A stretch of DNA of 64,000 nucleotides from Escherichia coli (lineage in GTDB: Bacteria > Pseudomonadota > Gammaproteobacteria > Enterobacterales > Enterobacteriaceae): NCBI RefSeq assembly GCF_030013205.1, contig NZ_CP122648.1. One strand, given 5' to 3'. The position numbers were made by a program, and so were the translations under genes. This document shows, piece by piece, positions 36,027 through 47,290 of the stretch. Positions within the stretch are counted from its first letter, which is position 1. Each line of letters begins with the position of its first letter. The notes beneath the pieces were generated by a model. That model had not been told where the DNA came from. It saw only the letters and a list, made by a program, of their open reading frames with translations, and made no database searches.

Positions 36027-39000
36027 TTACGCTTTTTTAAAGCGGGCAAAGAGATGTTCCACTACAACGAAAAAGACCGGAACGAAGTAAATTGCCAGCA
36101 CTGTTGCGGCAAACATCCCGCCCATCACGCCGGTACCTACCGCGTTTTGCGCGCCAGAACCGGCACCATGACTGATAACCAGCGGCAGCACGCCGAGAAT
36201 AAAGGCCAGAGAGGTCATCAGGATTGGGCGTAAACGCATCCGCGCCGCTTCGATGATTGCCTCTATCGGCGTTTTCCCTTCTTTCTGCATCATCTCAACG
36301 GCAAATTCGACAATCAGGATGGCGTTCTTGGCGGAAAGCCCGATGGTGGTCAGCAAACCAACCTGGAAGTAGACGTCATTACTTAAGCCGCGTAGATCGG
36401 TGGCCAGTAATGCGCCAACGACGCCTAACGGTACAACCAACATCACCGAGAACGGAATTGACCAGCTCTCATAAAGTGCGGCGAGGGCGAGGAACACCAC
36501 GACCAGTGAAATGGCATACAGCGCGGGAGCCTGATTTGAGGATAACGCTTCCTGATACGACAGTCCGGTCCATGAGTAGCCGACGCCTGCCGGAAGTTTA
36601 GCGACCAGGTCTGCCATAAATTTCATGGCGTCACCGGTACTTTTCCCGGCCGCCGCTTCACCTAAAATCTCCATTGACGGGATGCCGTTGTAGCGTTCCA
36701 GTCGCGGTGAACCATAGGTCCATTCGGTAGACGAATAGGCAGAAAGCGGTGCCATCGTGCCAGAGGCGTTGCGTACATACCATTGGTTGATGTTATCCGG
36801 CAACATACGGAACGGCGTGCCTGCCTGGACATACACTTTTTTCACCCGCCCCTGGTTGAGGAAGTCGTTCACGTAGCTGCTGCCGAAGGCGGTGGAAATT
36901 GTCTGGTTGATATCAGACAGCGCCACGCCCATCGCTTCAGCTTTCGCGGCGTTGACGTTCACTTTGAACATCGGCGTATCTTCCAGTCCGTTCGGACGTA
37001 CCCCGGTGACTTGATTCGGTGATTGCGCTGCCAGTGATAATAGCTCGTTTCGCGCCTGGGTCAGTTTTTCGTGCCCCAGGTTGCCGTTGTCCAGCAGTTC
37101 CATATCAAAACCTGACGCGGTACCCAGTTCAGCCACCGCGGGTAAGTTGAACGGGAAGACGACGGCTTTATTGATACTGCTTAACGCAATCATTGCCCGC
37201 TGAATGATCGCGGTAACCGAGTTTTCCTCACCGACACGTTCAGACCACGGCTTGAGACTGATAAACGCCAGACCGTTGTTTTGCCCCTGGCCGCTGAAGC
37301 CAAAGCCGCCAACGGTAAACACCGACTGAACATTATCTTTCTCTTTAGTCAGATAATAATCCGTCACCTGTTGCAGCACTTTCGTGGTGTTAACCATGGT
37401 GGCACCGGAAGGTAACTGCGCGGTGGTCATAAATACCCCCTGATCCTCTTCTGGTAAGAAAGAGGTCGGCGTACGCAGGAACAGCACCGCCATCCCAGCG
37501 CAAATCAGCAGGTAGACCACCATGTAGCGACCGGTACAACGCAACAGCGAGCGGGTGCTGTCGGTATAGTGCTGAGTTGATTTTTCAAACAGCGTGTTGA
37601 AGCGTGCGAACAGGGCGTTAGGTTTATGACCGCCTTCCGGCGCGGCTTTCAGAATGGTGGCGCACAGGGCAGGGGTCAGGCTCATTGCCACAAATACTGA
37701 AAGCAGCATGGAGGAGATCAGCGTGATGGAGAACTGGCGGTAGATCTCCCCGGTTGCACCGCTCATAAAGGCCATCGGCATAAACACTGCGGAAAGAACA
37801 ACGGCAATCCCGACCAGCGCACGTTGGATCTGCCCCATCGATTTATGCGTCGCTTCCTTCGGCGGTAGCTTATCTTCCGCAATGACACGCTCGACGTTCT
37901 CCACCACCACGATGGCGTCATCCACCAGTAACCCTATCGCCAGCACCATCCCGAACATAGTTAACGTGTTGATGGTGAAACCGACCGCCGACAAGATCGC
38001 AAACGTCCCGAGAATAACCACCGGTACGGCAATCGTCGGGATGATTGTGGCACGGAAATTCTGCAAAAACAGATACATGACCAGGAAGACGAGGATGATA
38101 GCCTCAACCAGTGTTTTGAAAACTTCCTGAATAGAAATTTCGATAAACGGCGTGGTGTCGTAAGGATAAACCGTCTTCAGACTTGCCGGGAAATAGGCTG
38201 ATAAGCGGTTCAGTTCCTCTTTGACTGCCCGCGAGGTATCCAGGGCGTTTGCTCCGGCAGCCAGTTTGATGGCGATCCCGGCAGCAGGTTTGCCGTTATA
38301 GCGCGCCACGGTGGAATAATCTTCCGCCCCAAGTTCGACGCGGGCGACATCACGCAGCAGCACTTGCGAACCATCTTGCTGAACTTTCAACAGGATTTTG
38401 CCAAATTCTTCCGGCGTTTGCAGACGCGTCTGCACAATGATCGAGGCGTTTAGTTGCTGGTCTGCCGCCTGTGGCATGCCACCCAGTTGACCACCGGAAA
38501 TCTGGTTGTTTTGCACCTTAATCTGGGAAATAACATCGGAAGGTACCAGATTGTATTTATTGAGTTTTTGCGGGTCCAGCCAGATACGCATGGCGTACTC
38601 GGAACCAAAGAGCTGTACGCTACCAACGCCCGCGGTACGGCTTAGCGGGTCTTTGATATTAGACGCTACATAGTCCGCGATATCGTACTGGTTGAGGCTG
38701 CCGTTATCAGAAATAAACGCCGCTACCATCAGAATATTACTGCTCGACTTATCAACGCTAATCCCCTGCTGCTGCACCGCTTCAGGTAATGAAGGCATAG
38801 CGAGTTGCAGTTTATTTTGCACCTGAACCTGTGCGATATCAGGAGATGTCCCAGTCTCGAAGGTCAGAGTGATAGAGGCATTACCCGCCGCATCACTGGT
38901 TGAAGACATGTACATCAGGCCATCAAGCCCATTCATATTTTGCTCAATCACCTGAGTGACCGAGTCTTCTACCGTTTGCGCATCGGCACCTGGATAGGTA

Positions 39001-39140
39001 GCGCTGACGGTAATGGTCGGTGGCGCAATCTGCGGATACTGCGCAACCGGTAAGTTCATGATCGCCAGACCACCTGCAAGCATCATAATAATGGCAAGTA
39101 CCCAGGCAAAAACCGGGCGATCAATAAAATAGTTAGCCAT
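36027..39140 (-). CDS. mdtF: RND multidrug efflux pump inner-membrane component MdtF
   Basis: The 1037-aa AcrB-like ORF ([18 protein letters not shown]..) sits downstream of mdtE. Confidence 0.97.
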
Positions 39141-39164
39141 GAAAGTCCCCTTAAGCCTGCAACG

Positions 39165-40322
39165 TTATTGTTTCGATTCGGTGCTGGCGTTTTCCTGGCT
39201 GGAGGAAATTGCTCGTGCTTTGATACCCGGACGAATGCGTTGCAAACCGGAAACGATCACCCGATCGCCAGCCTGCAAGCCAGAGGTGACAACCCACTGG
39301 TCGCCGATGGCTTTGCTGGCTTCGATTTCGCGTAGCTGCACGACATCGTCTTTATCCAGAATGAGCGCCGTTGCTTTACCCTGGGCGTTGTGGGTGACGC
39401 CTTCCTGCGGCACCAGTAATACATTCTGGCGGCTACCTTCATCCACTAATGCCGTAACGTACATGCCAGGCAGCAAGTCACCATTTGGGTTGGGGAAAAT
39501 CGCCCGTAACGTCACGGAGCCCGTGGTTTCATCCACCGTCGGGTCGGAGAATTTCAGCGTGCCGGTCTGGCTGTAACGTTTACCATTTTCCAGATTGAGC
39601 TGTACTGGCGTACTGCCCTGAACCTGTTTGATTTGCCCACTGGCGACCTCTTCTTTCATACGCAAGAAATCCTGCACCGACTGCGTGAGATCGACATAAA
39701 TCGGGTCCAGACGTTGTACGGTAACCAGCGAATCTGCCTGATTAGCGGTAACGAGTGCGCCGACGGTCACCGACGATTTCCCGCTGACGCCCGTAATCGG
39801 CGAGGTGACATTCGCGTATTGCAAATTGATCGTCGCCTGTTCAACAGCCGCTTTGGCGACGGTGACATTGGCTTCTGCTTCATTCAGCTGGGTGCGCGCG
39901 GTGTCGTAATCCTGACGGCTAACGTAGTTGGTCTTCAGCAACGATGCCTGGCGGTTAAAGGTGATGCGGGCATTGCTGGCGGTAGAGAGCGCTTTCGCCA
40001 GCGTGCCTTTGGCGGAGTTCAGCTCGGCCTGTAAAGGTGCAGGATCAATCTGATACAGCGAATCGCCCTGGTTCACTTTATCGCCTTCGATAAAGTTGCG
40101 TTTAATGATAATACCGCCAACCTGGGGACGTATCTCGGCAACTTCATAAGGAACGGTTCTACCGGGCAATTCGCTCAATACATTGACCGAACCGGGGGAG
40201 AGTGTGACGACACCGACCTCAGGCGTCATGGCGGCGGCGTTTTCCGCCGATTTGTCATCGCAGGCGGTGAGCATCGCGCCGCAGAATAACAACGGTATTA
40301 ACAGCTTTCTTCTTCTGTTCAT
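39165..40322 (-). CDS. mdtE: RND efflux periplasmic adaptor MdtE
   Basis: The 385-aa lipoprotein has a lipobox (LTAC) and an AcrA-like sequence. Confidence 0.97.
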   Translation of the reverse strand: MNRRRKLLIPLLFCGAMLTACDDKSAENAAAMTPEVGVVTLSPGSVNVLSELPGRTVPYEVAEIRPQVGGIIIKRNFIEGDKVNQGDSLYQIDPAPLQAELNSAKGTLAKALSTASNARITFNRQASLLKTNYVSRQDYDTARTQLNEAEANVTVAKAAVEQATINLQYANVTSPITGVSGKSSVTVGALVTANQADSLVTVQRLDPIYVDLTQSVQDFLRMKEEVASGQIKQVQGSTPVQLNLENGKRYSQTGTLKFSDPTVDETTGSVTLRAIFPNPNGDLLPGMYVTALVDEGSRQNVLLVPQEGVTHNAQGKATALILDKDDVVQLREIEASKAIGDQWVVTSGLQAGDRVIVSGLQRIRPGIKARAISSSQENASTESKQ

Positions 40323-40660
40323 TTTAGTCCCTGAAAATTCTTGAGAAATAACGGTTCTTTAAATTGCGCGCGAGGAGAGATATGAGGGATTTACAGACCA
40401 GCGGCATAGTGGGGTTGTCAGCCAGTAAGGTGGGATACAGGCATAGTGATCGACATGGTGAGGTCAACGACAAAAAAAATGTTGCCGTTCTGCCAACAGT
40501 TCCTGCCAGCATTCGGGCAACGAAGGGTTCTACTGGTGGATACACATACCAGGGGAATAAAGTCGTTTTAACCTCTCCTTTAGTAATCACCGGGGGTAAT
40601 GAAATCAGCATCTGCATCCCTCGTCATGCCAGCCATCAATTTCAGTTGCTTATGTCCTGA

Positions 40661-41188
40661 CTAAAAATAAGATGTGATACCCAGGGTGACGATGTCGCTC
40701 ATACGTCTTAGTTTCAGCTTGTACATAATGTTGAATTTCTGAATCTTTAATGTTTGTTGCGAAATATTGAGCGTCGACGTGATATTGCTTTCATTTTTAT
40801 TTTTCAGAATCAGTTGCATAATTTTGAACTGATTATGTGAAAAACATAATTGTGAATTCTTATGGGGCAAGTGTTTACCATAAGTAATCTCAAGAAGATT
40901 TTTGATACTTTCTTTGCGGCTGACAAAATAAATAGGCGCTTTAGCTTTTAGTTTACTGATGTGATAAGGTGCCAAAACAATAATTCTCTCGGCATCTAAT
41001 TTCTCCAGAAATTTAATCGCTTCTTCATCAAGGATATGATTGTGATAGGTATCAATGATAACCTTGAAGGGTTTATTGCCTACTTTTTTGATCTCTGACA
41101 GGGAATTGATTTTTATCATTTCGTGATTATCTTTCAACTGCCAAAAGCCCTGTAAAAGAAAAGAATCTTTCGTCATGAGAAAAATCAT
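40661..41188 (-). CDS. gadE: LuxR-family acid-resistance master activator GadE
   Basis: The 175-aa protein starts at MIFLMTKDSFLLQGFWQLKDNHE.. The 201-aa ORF is an upstream extension. Confidence 0.93.
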   Translation of the reverse strand: MIFLMTKDSFLLQGFWQLKDNHEMIKINSLSEIKKVGNKPFKVIIDTYHNHILDEEAIKFLEKLDAERIIVLAPYHISKLKAKAPIYFVSRKESIKNLLEITYGKHLPHKNSQLCFSHNQFKIMQLILKNKNESNITSTLNISQQTLKIQKFNIMYKLKLRRMSDIVTLGITSYF

Positions 41189-41986
41189 AACTTGCTCCTT
41201 AGCCGTTATCGTTTCGAACATGTCATCCTTTTCATTATTTACATCCTTGTCCGAATCGTTGTTCAATATAGTAAACGCCTATAAGAACTTTGCCCTTCGT
41301 GAACTAATACGTCTATTAACACTAATCAATGCTTCAGATTTATCCATCACACACTCCATATATTGATCCTAAGTAAAATTCCTGGTTGTTATCAGTTTGC
41401 AAACGGCAAACAAAAACTTAACGTTTACGGATTACTGCCCAAGAATAAGTTATCAATAACCAGTTTGTGATCTCTGAAGAATATTACTAAAGTTAAAATG
41501 TAATCCGATTTAAATATCGAGTCTCCTTGTTTCGACTTAAGCTGGCAATTGGATTGCCAGCTTTCTTTTAACGCATTGAAATTACCTGAGTAAATAACTC
41601 ATTCATGTCTTCAGGTTTTTATATAGCGTCTGGAGACACGGATATTTATGCAATGTAATCAACGCCAGTTGCAAAAAAATGAACCCGGATTACTTATTTA
41701 ACCGCCCATAGCATCAACGCTTACGGAACTCTTTGTTCACTTTCCCACAGCACTTTTAAAACATTAAACCTGACTACGGAAAATATCAGCCATGATAATG
41801 TTTGAAATGGCTAATTTGCCATGGAATGAAAAAAATTAGATGAAATTCAGTAGGTTGAAATAATCATCAGCAGGTAATTATTTCAATGATAGTGCGCAAT
41901 TGATCTACAACGCTGTGTAGCGGAGAGAGTATTAATCGGATCATAGTCACATCAAGTGACTATGATCCGGGTGACAACAGGAATAA

Positions 41987-42559
41987 TTATTGCTGCTTAA
42001 CGAACAAACTGGCGAAGCTGAACAGGCTGGCGGCGCTAAATATCAGTTCAATACCCACCAGTGTGGAAACCAAAGTTACAGACACCATCGGCGTTGCACC
42101 AAGGAATATCCATGCAATGACGATATCCAGCACACCAATAACGAGCTGTAGCCAGCTGCCTTTCATTGAACGCTGACGATACCAACTCATCAGGCGAATA
42201 ACCCCTGCAACACAGAACAAACCGGCAATAAATGCCGCAATGGCAAAAATGCCCAGCTCCGGTGCGCGGATGAAGAAATAGCCGATCAATAAATAGGCGA
42301 CTGCGACGAGGAAACCGGATAATACCGGCCAGAAATTATGACTGCGGTTGCTGAATAATCCAACAATAAGCGCAACGCCCGAGCAGATTAATAATGCACC
42401 CACTACCGTGCTTAAAATATCGCCAGAGACGAACGGGAAACTGATACACAGCAACCCGACGATAAACAGCAACACGGCAATAAACTGGATTGCTCTGCGA
42501 TGCTTTTTCAGCATCTCCAGATCAAACTTCAAAATTGTTGCCTTATCTATATATAACAT
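41987..42559 (-). CDS. hdeD: Acid-resistance membrane protein HdeD
   Basis: The 190-aa multi-TM ORF is divergent from hdeAB. Confidence 0.96.
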   Translation of the reverse strand: MLYIDKATILKFDLEMLKKHRRAIQFIAVLLFIVGLLCISFPFVSGDILSTVVGALLICSGVALIVGLFSNRSHNFWPVLSGFLVAVAYLLIGYFFIRAPELGIFAIAAFIAGLFCVAGVIRLMSWYRQRSMKGSWLQLVIGVLDIVIAWIFLGATPMVSVTLVSTLVGIELIFSAASLFSFASLFVKQQ

Positions 42560-42813
42560 AGAACCACCCTATAAAATTAAGAAGAAAATCCCCTGCTATC
42601 AATCTATGCCAAAAACGCGTCTAAGAATGCAGTCGATTTAATAAAAATTTCCTAATTACAGTATCTGATGCATCTGTAACTCATTGTATTGAAATAAAAA
42701 TATCTGATTTTGATATTTTCCATCAACATGACATATACAGAAAACCAGGTTATAACCTCAGTGTCGAAATTGATTCGTGACGGCTCTTTCACTTTATAGT
42801 TGAGGATATTACG

Positions 42814-43146
42814 ATGAAAAAAGTATTAGGCGTTATTCTTGGTGGTCTGCTTCTTCTGCCAGTTGTGAGCAATGCAGCGGATGCGCAAAAAGCAGCTGAT
42901 AACAAAAAACCGGTCAACTCCTGGACCTGTGAAGATTTCCTGGCTGTGGACGAATCCTTCCAGCCAACTGCAGTTGGTTTTGCTGAAGCGCTGAACAACA
43001 AAGATAAACCAGAAGATGCGGTTTTAGATGTTCAGGGTATTGCAACCGTAACCCCAGCTATCGTTCAGGCTTGTACTCAGGATAAACAAGCCAACTTTAA
43101 AGATAAAGTTAAAGGCGAGTGGGACAAAATTAAGAAAGATATGTAA
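42814..43146 (+). CDS. hdeA: Periplasmic acid-stress chaperone HdeA
   Basis: The 110-aa ORF (MKKVLGVILGGLLLLPVVSNAADAQKAADNKKPVNSWTCEDF..) is recognised as HdeA. Confidence 0.98.
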   Translation: MKKVLGVILGGLLLLPVVSNAADAQKAADNKKPVNSWTCEDFLAVDESFQPTAVGFAEALNNKDKPEDAVLDVQGIATVTPAIVQACTQDKQANFKDKVKGEWDKIKKDM

Positions 43147-43261
43147 TTCCGGGAATGCGTTACATCGTACTTCCTTGCATATTGAACAGGCCGGAATATC
43201 TTCTTTAAAAGCAGCTATTCCTCCTGTTCATATATAATCTCTATATTGAATGGGTTACAAA

Positions 43262-43588
43262 ATGAATATTTCATCTCTCCGTAAAGCGTTTATTTTTATG
43301 GGCGCTGTAGCGGCTTTGTCACTGGTGAACGCACAATCTGCGCTGGCAGCCAATGAATCCGCTAAAGATATGACCTGCCAGGAATTTATTGATCTGAATC
43401 CAAAAGCAATGACACCGGTTGCATGGTGGATGCTGCATGAAGAGACAGTATATAAAGGTGGCGATACCGTTACTTTAAATGAAACCGATCTCACTCAAAT
43501 TCCTAAAGTGATCGAATACTGCAAGAAAAACCCGCAGAAAAATTTGTATACCTTCAAAAATCAAGCATCTAATGACTTGCCGAATTAA
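43262..43588 (+). CDS. hdeB: Periplasmic acid-stress chaperone HdeB
   Basis: The 108-aa protein starts at MNISSLRKAFIFMGAVAALSLVNAQSALA.. Confidence 0.96.
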   Translation: MNISSLRKAFIFMGAVAALSLVNAQSALAANESAKDMTCQEFIDLNPKAMTPVAWWMLHEETVYKGGDTVTLNETDLTQIPKVIEYCKKNPQKNLYTFKNQASNDLPN

Positions 43589-43651
43589 TGAGGTACAAGT
43601 AAAAAGGAGTAGCAAGTTGAGCCATCTTGCTGCTCCTTTTTGCTTTTTTAT

Positions 43652-44299
43652 ATGACAGCAGAATTTATTATACGTCTTATACTCGCAGCAATTGCCTGTG
43701 GCGCTATTGGCATGGAAAGGCAAATGCGCGGCAAAGGAGCAGGGTTACGCACACATGTATTAATTGGCATGGGAAGCGCCCTGTTTATGATTGTTTCGAA
43801 ATATGGTTTTGCTGACGTGCTGTCTTTAAATCACGTCGGACTGGACCCCAGCCGTATTGCTGCTCAGGTGGTGACGGGCGTCGGGTTTATCGGCGCAGGT
43901 AACATTCTCGTTCGTAACCAAAATATTGTAGGTCTGACGACGGCAGCGGATATCTGGGTGACCGCCGCCATTGGTATGGTTATTGGTAGCGGTATGTACG
44001 AACTGGGCATTTATGGTTCAGTGATGACCTTGCTGGTGCTGGAAGTCTTCCATCAATTAACCTTCCGCCTGATGAACAAAAATTACCATTTACAGCTGAC
44101 ATTAGTGAACGGTAATACGGTATCAATGCTCGACTGGTTTAAGCAGCAAAAAATAAAAACGGATTTAGTTTCGTTGCAGGAAAGTGAAGATCATGAAGTG
44201 GTCGCCATTGATATCCAGCTTCATGCCACAACGTCGATAGAAGATCTGTTGCGATTATTAAAAGAGATGGCAGGGGTGAAAGGCGTTTCAATTAGCTAA
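43652..44299 (+). CDS. yhiD: MgtC-family inner membrane protein YhiD
   Basis: The 215-aa protein starts at MTAEFIIRLILAAIACGAIGMERQ.., which is an MgtC/SapB motif. Confidence 0.94.
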   Translation: MTAEFIIRLILAAIACGAIGMERQMRGKGAGLRTHVLIGMGSALFMIVSKYGFADVLSLNHVGLDPSRIAAQVVTGVGFIGAGNILVRNQNIVGLTTAADIWVTAAIGMVIGSGMYELGIYGSVMTLLVLEVFHQLTFRLMNKNYHLQLTLVNGNTVSMLDWFKQQKIKTDLVSLQESEDHEVVAIDIQLHATTSIEDLLRLLKEMAGVKGVSIS

Positions 44300-44350
44300 T
44301 CTGTATAGTTATTTATTCACAGGAGTACCAGAGCGGTACTCCTGTTGGTT

Positions 44351-45121
44351 TTAATGATCGAGGACGATCAGTGGTGAATGGTTGGCAGGATCTTTAAGTA
44401 CGGTAATATCCGCGCCGTAGAGCATTGTCAGCGCCTGCTGTGTCAATACGTCCTGCGGTTTACCATTTGCGATAACCTTTCCTTTTTGCATTAATACAAT
44501 ACGGTCTGCATAACGCGCGGCAAGATTTAGATCGTGCAATACGCAGCAAACATTGAACTGCCGTTCGTGAACTAACTGGCGTAATAAACGGAACAAGTGC
44601 TGCTGATGGTGAATATCCAGCGCCGAAGTTGGTTCATCAAGAAATAACCATTTCGGTGAGGGAGTAGGTTCCCAGAGTTGCACCAGCAGGCGCGCTAATT
44701 GTACGCGCTGTTGTTCACCACCGGATAATTGCCGATAGTCGCGGTTTGCTAACGCCTGACAGTCACATAACGCCATTATTTGTGCTGTTTCATTATCCTG
44801 ATTACCAGTACGATGCGGATGCCGACCCATCTGGATAACTTCTTGTACGCTGAATGGAAACGCCATGTGGCTATTTTGACGCATCACGGCCCGGTGTTTC
44901 GCCAGTTCAGTAATCGACCATTCATTTAATGGCTTATTAAACAACCGACATTCGCCGCTATCAGGTTGAAGATAGCCGGTTAACTGGCGAAGCAGCGTAG
45001 ATTTTCCCGCACCATTAGGGCCGAGAATGGCAACAATTTCCCCACCGGGAAAAGTCAGCGAGACATTGTCAGTCAGACGCCGCCCCTGAAGGCTATAAAC
45101 CAGATTCTGGGCGCTGATCAT
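44351..45121 (-). CDS. chuV: Haemin ABC transporter ATPase ChuV (HmuV)
   Basis: The 256-aa protein starts at [16 protein letters not shown].. It has Walker A GPNGAGKS and the signature LSGGEQQR. Its start overlaps the chuU stop. The longer 307-aa ORF is an upstream extension. Confidence 0.92.
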   Translation of the reverse strand: MISAQNLVYSLQGRRLTDNVSLTFPGGEIVAILGPNGAGKSTLLRQLTGYLQPDSGECRLFNKPLNEWSITELAKHRAVMRQNSHMAFPFSVQEVIQMGRHPHRTGNQDNETAQIMALCDCQALANRDYRQLSGGEQQRVQLARLLVQLWEPTPSPKWLFLDEPTSALDIHHQQHLFRLLRQLVHERQFNVCCVLHDLNLAARYADRIVLMQKGKVIANGKPQDVLTQQALTMLYGADITVLKDPANHSPLIVLDH

Positions 45122-46110
45122 GTGATCCTCCGGTTGCGCAGAATCAACCACATAAAATAAGGACCGCCAAGCAGGCTGGTTAATAATCCCACGGGCATTT
45201 CTGCTGGCTGTACCAGCGTGCGGGCAAGCGTGTCTGCCATCAGCAATAAACAGGCTCCGGCGAGGGCGGAGCAAGGGATTAGCCAGCGGTGATTTGCCCC
45301 GGTAGTCATACGAATCAGATGCGGGATCACCAGGCCAATAAAGCCGATAATGCCGCTTACCGATACGGCGGCACCAACGAGCAGTGAGCTCACTAACAGT
45401 AATTGCTGGCGTTTACGCTTAACGTTCACGCCGAGGTAGTGGGCTTCTTCATCACCGAGCTGCAGTAAATTCAGCGTTCCGGCGAGACAAGTTGTTGCGA
45501 TAATGGCCGGTAGGATGAATGAACTGGCAACCAATAACGTCGGCCATTGCGCCTTTCCAAGATTGCCCATCATCCACAATGTGAGTTGTCGTAGCTGCTG
45601 CTCATCGCCGATATAGCTCAGGATGCCGATCGCTGCGCCGCACAGGGCATTGATGGCGATACCGGCGAGTAATAATTGCATCATGCTGCCATCGCGATGG
45701 CGCTGCGTGATGAGAAAAATGATGGTGCAGACCACTAAACTTCCGGCAATGGCAAACACCATTTGCTCATAGAGCACCAGCACCACTGGGAAGGAGAAGG
45801 GCAGCACAATAGCAACGCCAACCATTAATGCAGAACCGCTACTGACGCCGAGTAATCCAGGGTCAGCCATTGGGTTGCGAAAAAGCCCCTGCATAATTAC
45901 CCCGGCGGTTGCCAACGCTGCACCTACCAGCACCGCCAGCAAAACCCGTGGTAGACGAATATTGAGCCAGATATCGCGGTATTCCTCATCAAAAAGGGCA
46001 TCAAAACTGATCTTTAACGCTCCCTGACTGGCACCGAACAGCACCAGGGCAAGCAATAATAGTGATAGCCCCATAAAGACCCTGGCGGATGAAAATGAAT
46101 CCTTGAGCAC
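45118..46110 (-). CDS. chuU: Haemin ABC transporter permease ChuU
   Basis: The 330-aa FecCD-family permease has a GTG start. Confidence 0.93.
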   Translation of the reverse strand: MLKDSFSSARVFMGLSLLLLALVLFGASQGALKISFDALFDEEYRDIWLNIRLPRVLLAVLVGAALATAGVIMQGLFRNPMADPGLLGVSSGSALMVGVAIVLPFSFPVVLVLYEQMVFAIAGSLVVCTIIFLITQRHRDGSMMQLLLAGIAINALCGAAIGILSYIGDEQQLRQLTLWMMGNLGKAQWPTLLVASSFILPAIIATTCLAGTLNLLQLGDEEAHYLGVNVKRKRQQLLLVSSLLVGAAVSVSGIIGFIGLVIPHLIRMTTGANHRWLIPCSALAGACLLLMADTLARTLVQPAEMPVGLLTSLLGGPYFMWLILRNRRIT

Positions 46111-46160
46111 GCAAAACTCCGTTATGACGTTGCGGCGCGGAGAGTCTGCGCCGCATGGGA

Positions 46161-46784
46161 TTACGCCGGTTTCAGGTCAGGTTCAATCAGACTGTAGATC
46201 TGCTTGTTGAGTGCTGGCGCGTTTGCCAGTTCATGAATGTGTGCAGCGACATCGGCACGGTGAACAAAACCATGACACTCCTGATTTTGTATCCGTTGTG
46301 CTTTGCCCGTTGCCGCCCCATCAAGCAGACCGCCAGGGCGGAGAATGGCGTAATCAAGCTGGCTGGTTTGCAACCAGCTTTCCGCCAGCGTTTTTTCCCG
46401 TACCGCCTGACCAAACGCAGCCTTTGCCCGCTCCGATAAAAACGGCCAGCTATCGCCGCATCCCAAAGAGGTCACCAGAATCATGCGACTGATGCCGGCC
46501 TTTTCGGCCTCATCAATCACTGTTCTGTGCGCCAGATAATCCTGAGCTCCTCCCATTGTTGAGATGATAAGCGCATCCGGGCCAGCTGCGCGGCAAGCAG
46601 CCGCAACTACGCTGGCATCACAGGCGTCGCCTGTAAAAACCTGTACGCCTTGTTGCGCCAGTTTCGTGGCGGCATCGGCATGACGAACGACAGCAACGAC
46701 CGGACGTTGTTCCGCCAGCGCCAGTTCAAGCGTTCTGGCACCCACACCTTTTCCGCCTGCGCCAAAGAGTAGCCACGGCGTCAT
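46161..46784 (-). CDS. chuY: NAD(P)-binding Rossmann-fold protein ChuY (anaerobilin reductase)
   Basis: The 207-aa ORF has an N-terminal GAGGKGVG nucleotide-binding motif and chu operon context. Confidence 0.88.
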   Translation of the reverse strand: MTPWLLFGAGGKGVGARTLELALAEQRPVVAVVRHADAATKLAQQGVQVFTGDACDASVVAAACRAAGPDALIISTMGGAQDYLAHRTVIDEAEKAGISRMILVTSLGCGDSWPFLSERAKAAFGQAVREKTLAESWLQTSQLDYAILRPGGLLDGAATGKAQRIQNQECHGFVHRADVAAHIHELANAPALNKQIYSLIEPDLKPA

Positions 46785-47278
46785 CAGGCGTGTTCCTTTA
46801 ACGATGCCGCCAGAGCATGGAAAGCGTTGACCTGTTCGCTCAGGAGCTGACGATGGTCATCCCTGCCGAGGAAGATTTTCAGCATGGCGCTGCCTTCCTT
46901 ATTGAAAAAGAGAATAGAGGCGGTGTCCATGCCCATAAATTTACGTTCGATCAAGGCAATATGCGTGCAGTTTTCTGCTTTGATATGCCCGGACATGCCG
47001 TGCTTTCCGCGTAGGTTGAAATAGCCGTGGCGGTGGAAACCCGAAGGCAGTTCGCCGCTAAATTCGAGGATTACATCGGCAGTATGTACTAACGTGGTGA
47101 CGTTGCCCCATTCGCAGACGGTATCCCAGACAGTATCGAATTTATCGCCTGACACTATGGTAGAGGAGGGCAGATTTTTCACTACTTCCAGCAGTGTGGT
47201 GTTGTATTGTTCGGCTACCACCTCCAGCGTACCGTCCGGCTCCGTTTTCAAAAATTCTTGTAACGAGACATGGCTCAT
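46784..47278 (-). CDS. chuX: Haem-binding protein ChuX
   Basis: The 164-aa ORF lies between chuW and chuY. Confidence 0.88.
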   Translation of the reverse strand: MSHVSLQEFLKTEPDGTLEVVAEQYNTTLLEVVKNLPSSTIVSGDKFDTVWDTVCEWGNVTTLVHTADVILEFSGELPSGFHRHGYFNLRGKHGMSGHIKAENCTHIALIERKFMGMDTASILFFNKEGSAMLKIFLGRDDHRQLLSEQVNAFHALAASLKEHA

Positions 47279-47290
47279 AAATCACTCCTG

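Noticed and set aside
35767-36090. 107-aa ORF (TTG start) in the gadW-mdtF spacer that overlaps the mdtF 3' end
   Set aside because: It has a non-ATG start and no convincing RBS, and it overlaps the end of mdtF on the opposite strand. The region is the convergent terminator zone of gadW and mdtF. It is hydrophobic but cannot be supported from sequence alone.
40324-40660. 97-aa and 98-aa ORFs on opposite strands in the gadE-mdtE intergenic region
   Set aside because: They mutually overlap in a known non-coding spacer of the gadE-mdtEF transcription unit. They show no RBS and no family resemblance.
41189-41986. Possible ArrS antisense sRNA and multiple promoters in the roughly 800-bp gadE upstream region
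   Set aside because: The region is known to be a large regulatory hub. I could not place ArrS or individual binding sites from sequence alone with any confidence, so I report no coordinates.
45117-45121. Apparent 1-nt discrepancy between my hand-counted position of the chuU stop and chuV start (ATGA overlap) and the ORF-track coordinates. A similar discrepancy occurs at the 43250 ORF start.
   Set aside because: It is most likely my own counting error in homopolymer runs at line ends, not a real frameshift, because both ORFs translate continuously in the track. I used the track coordinates.
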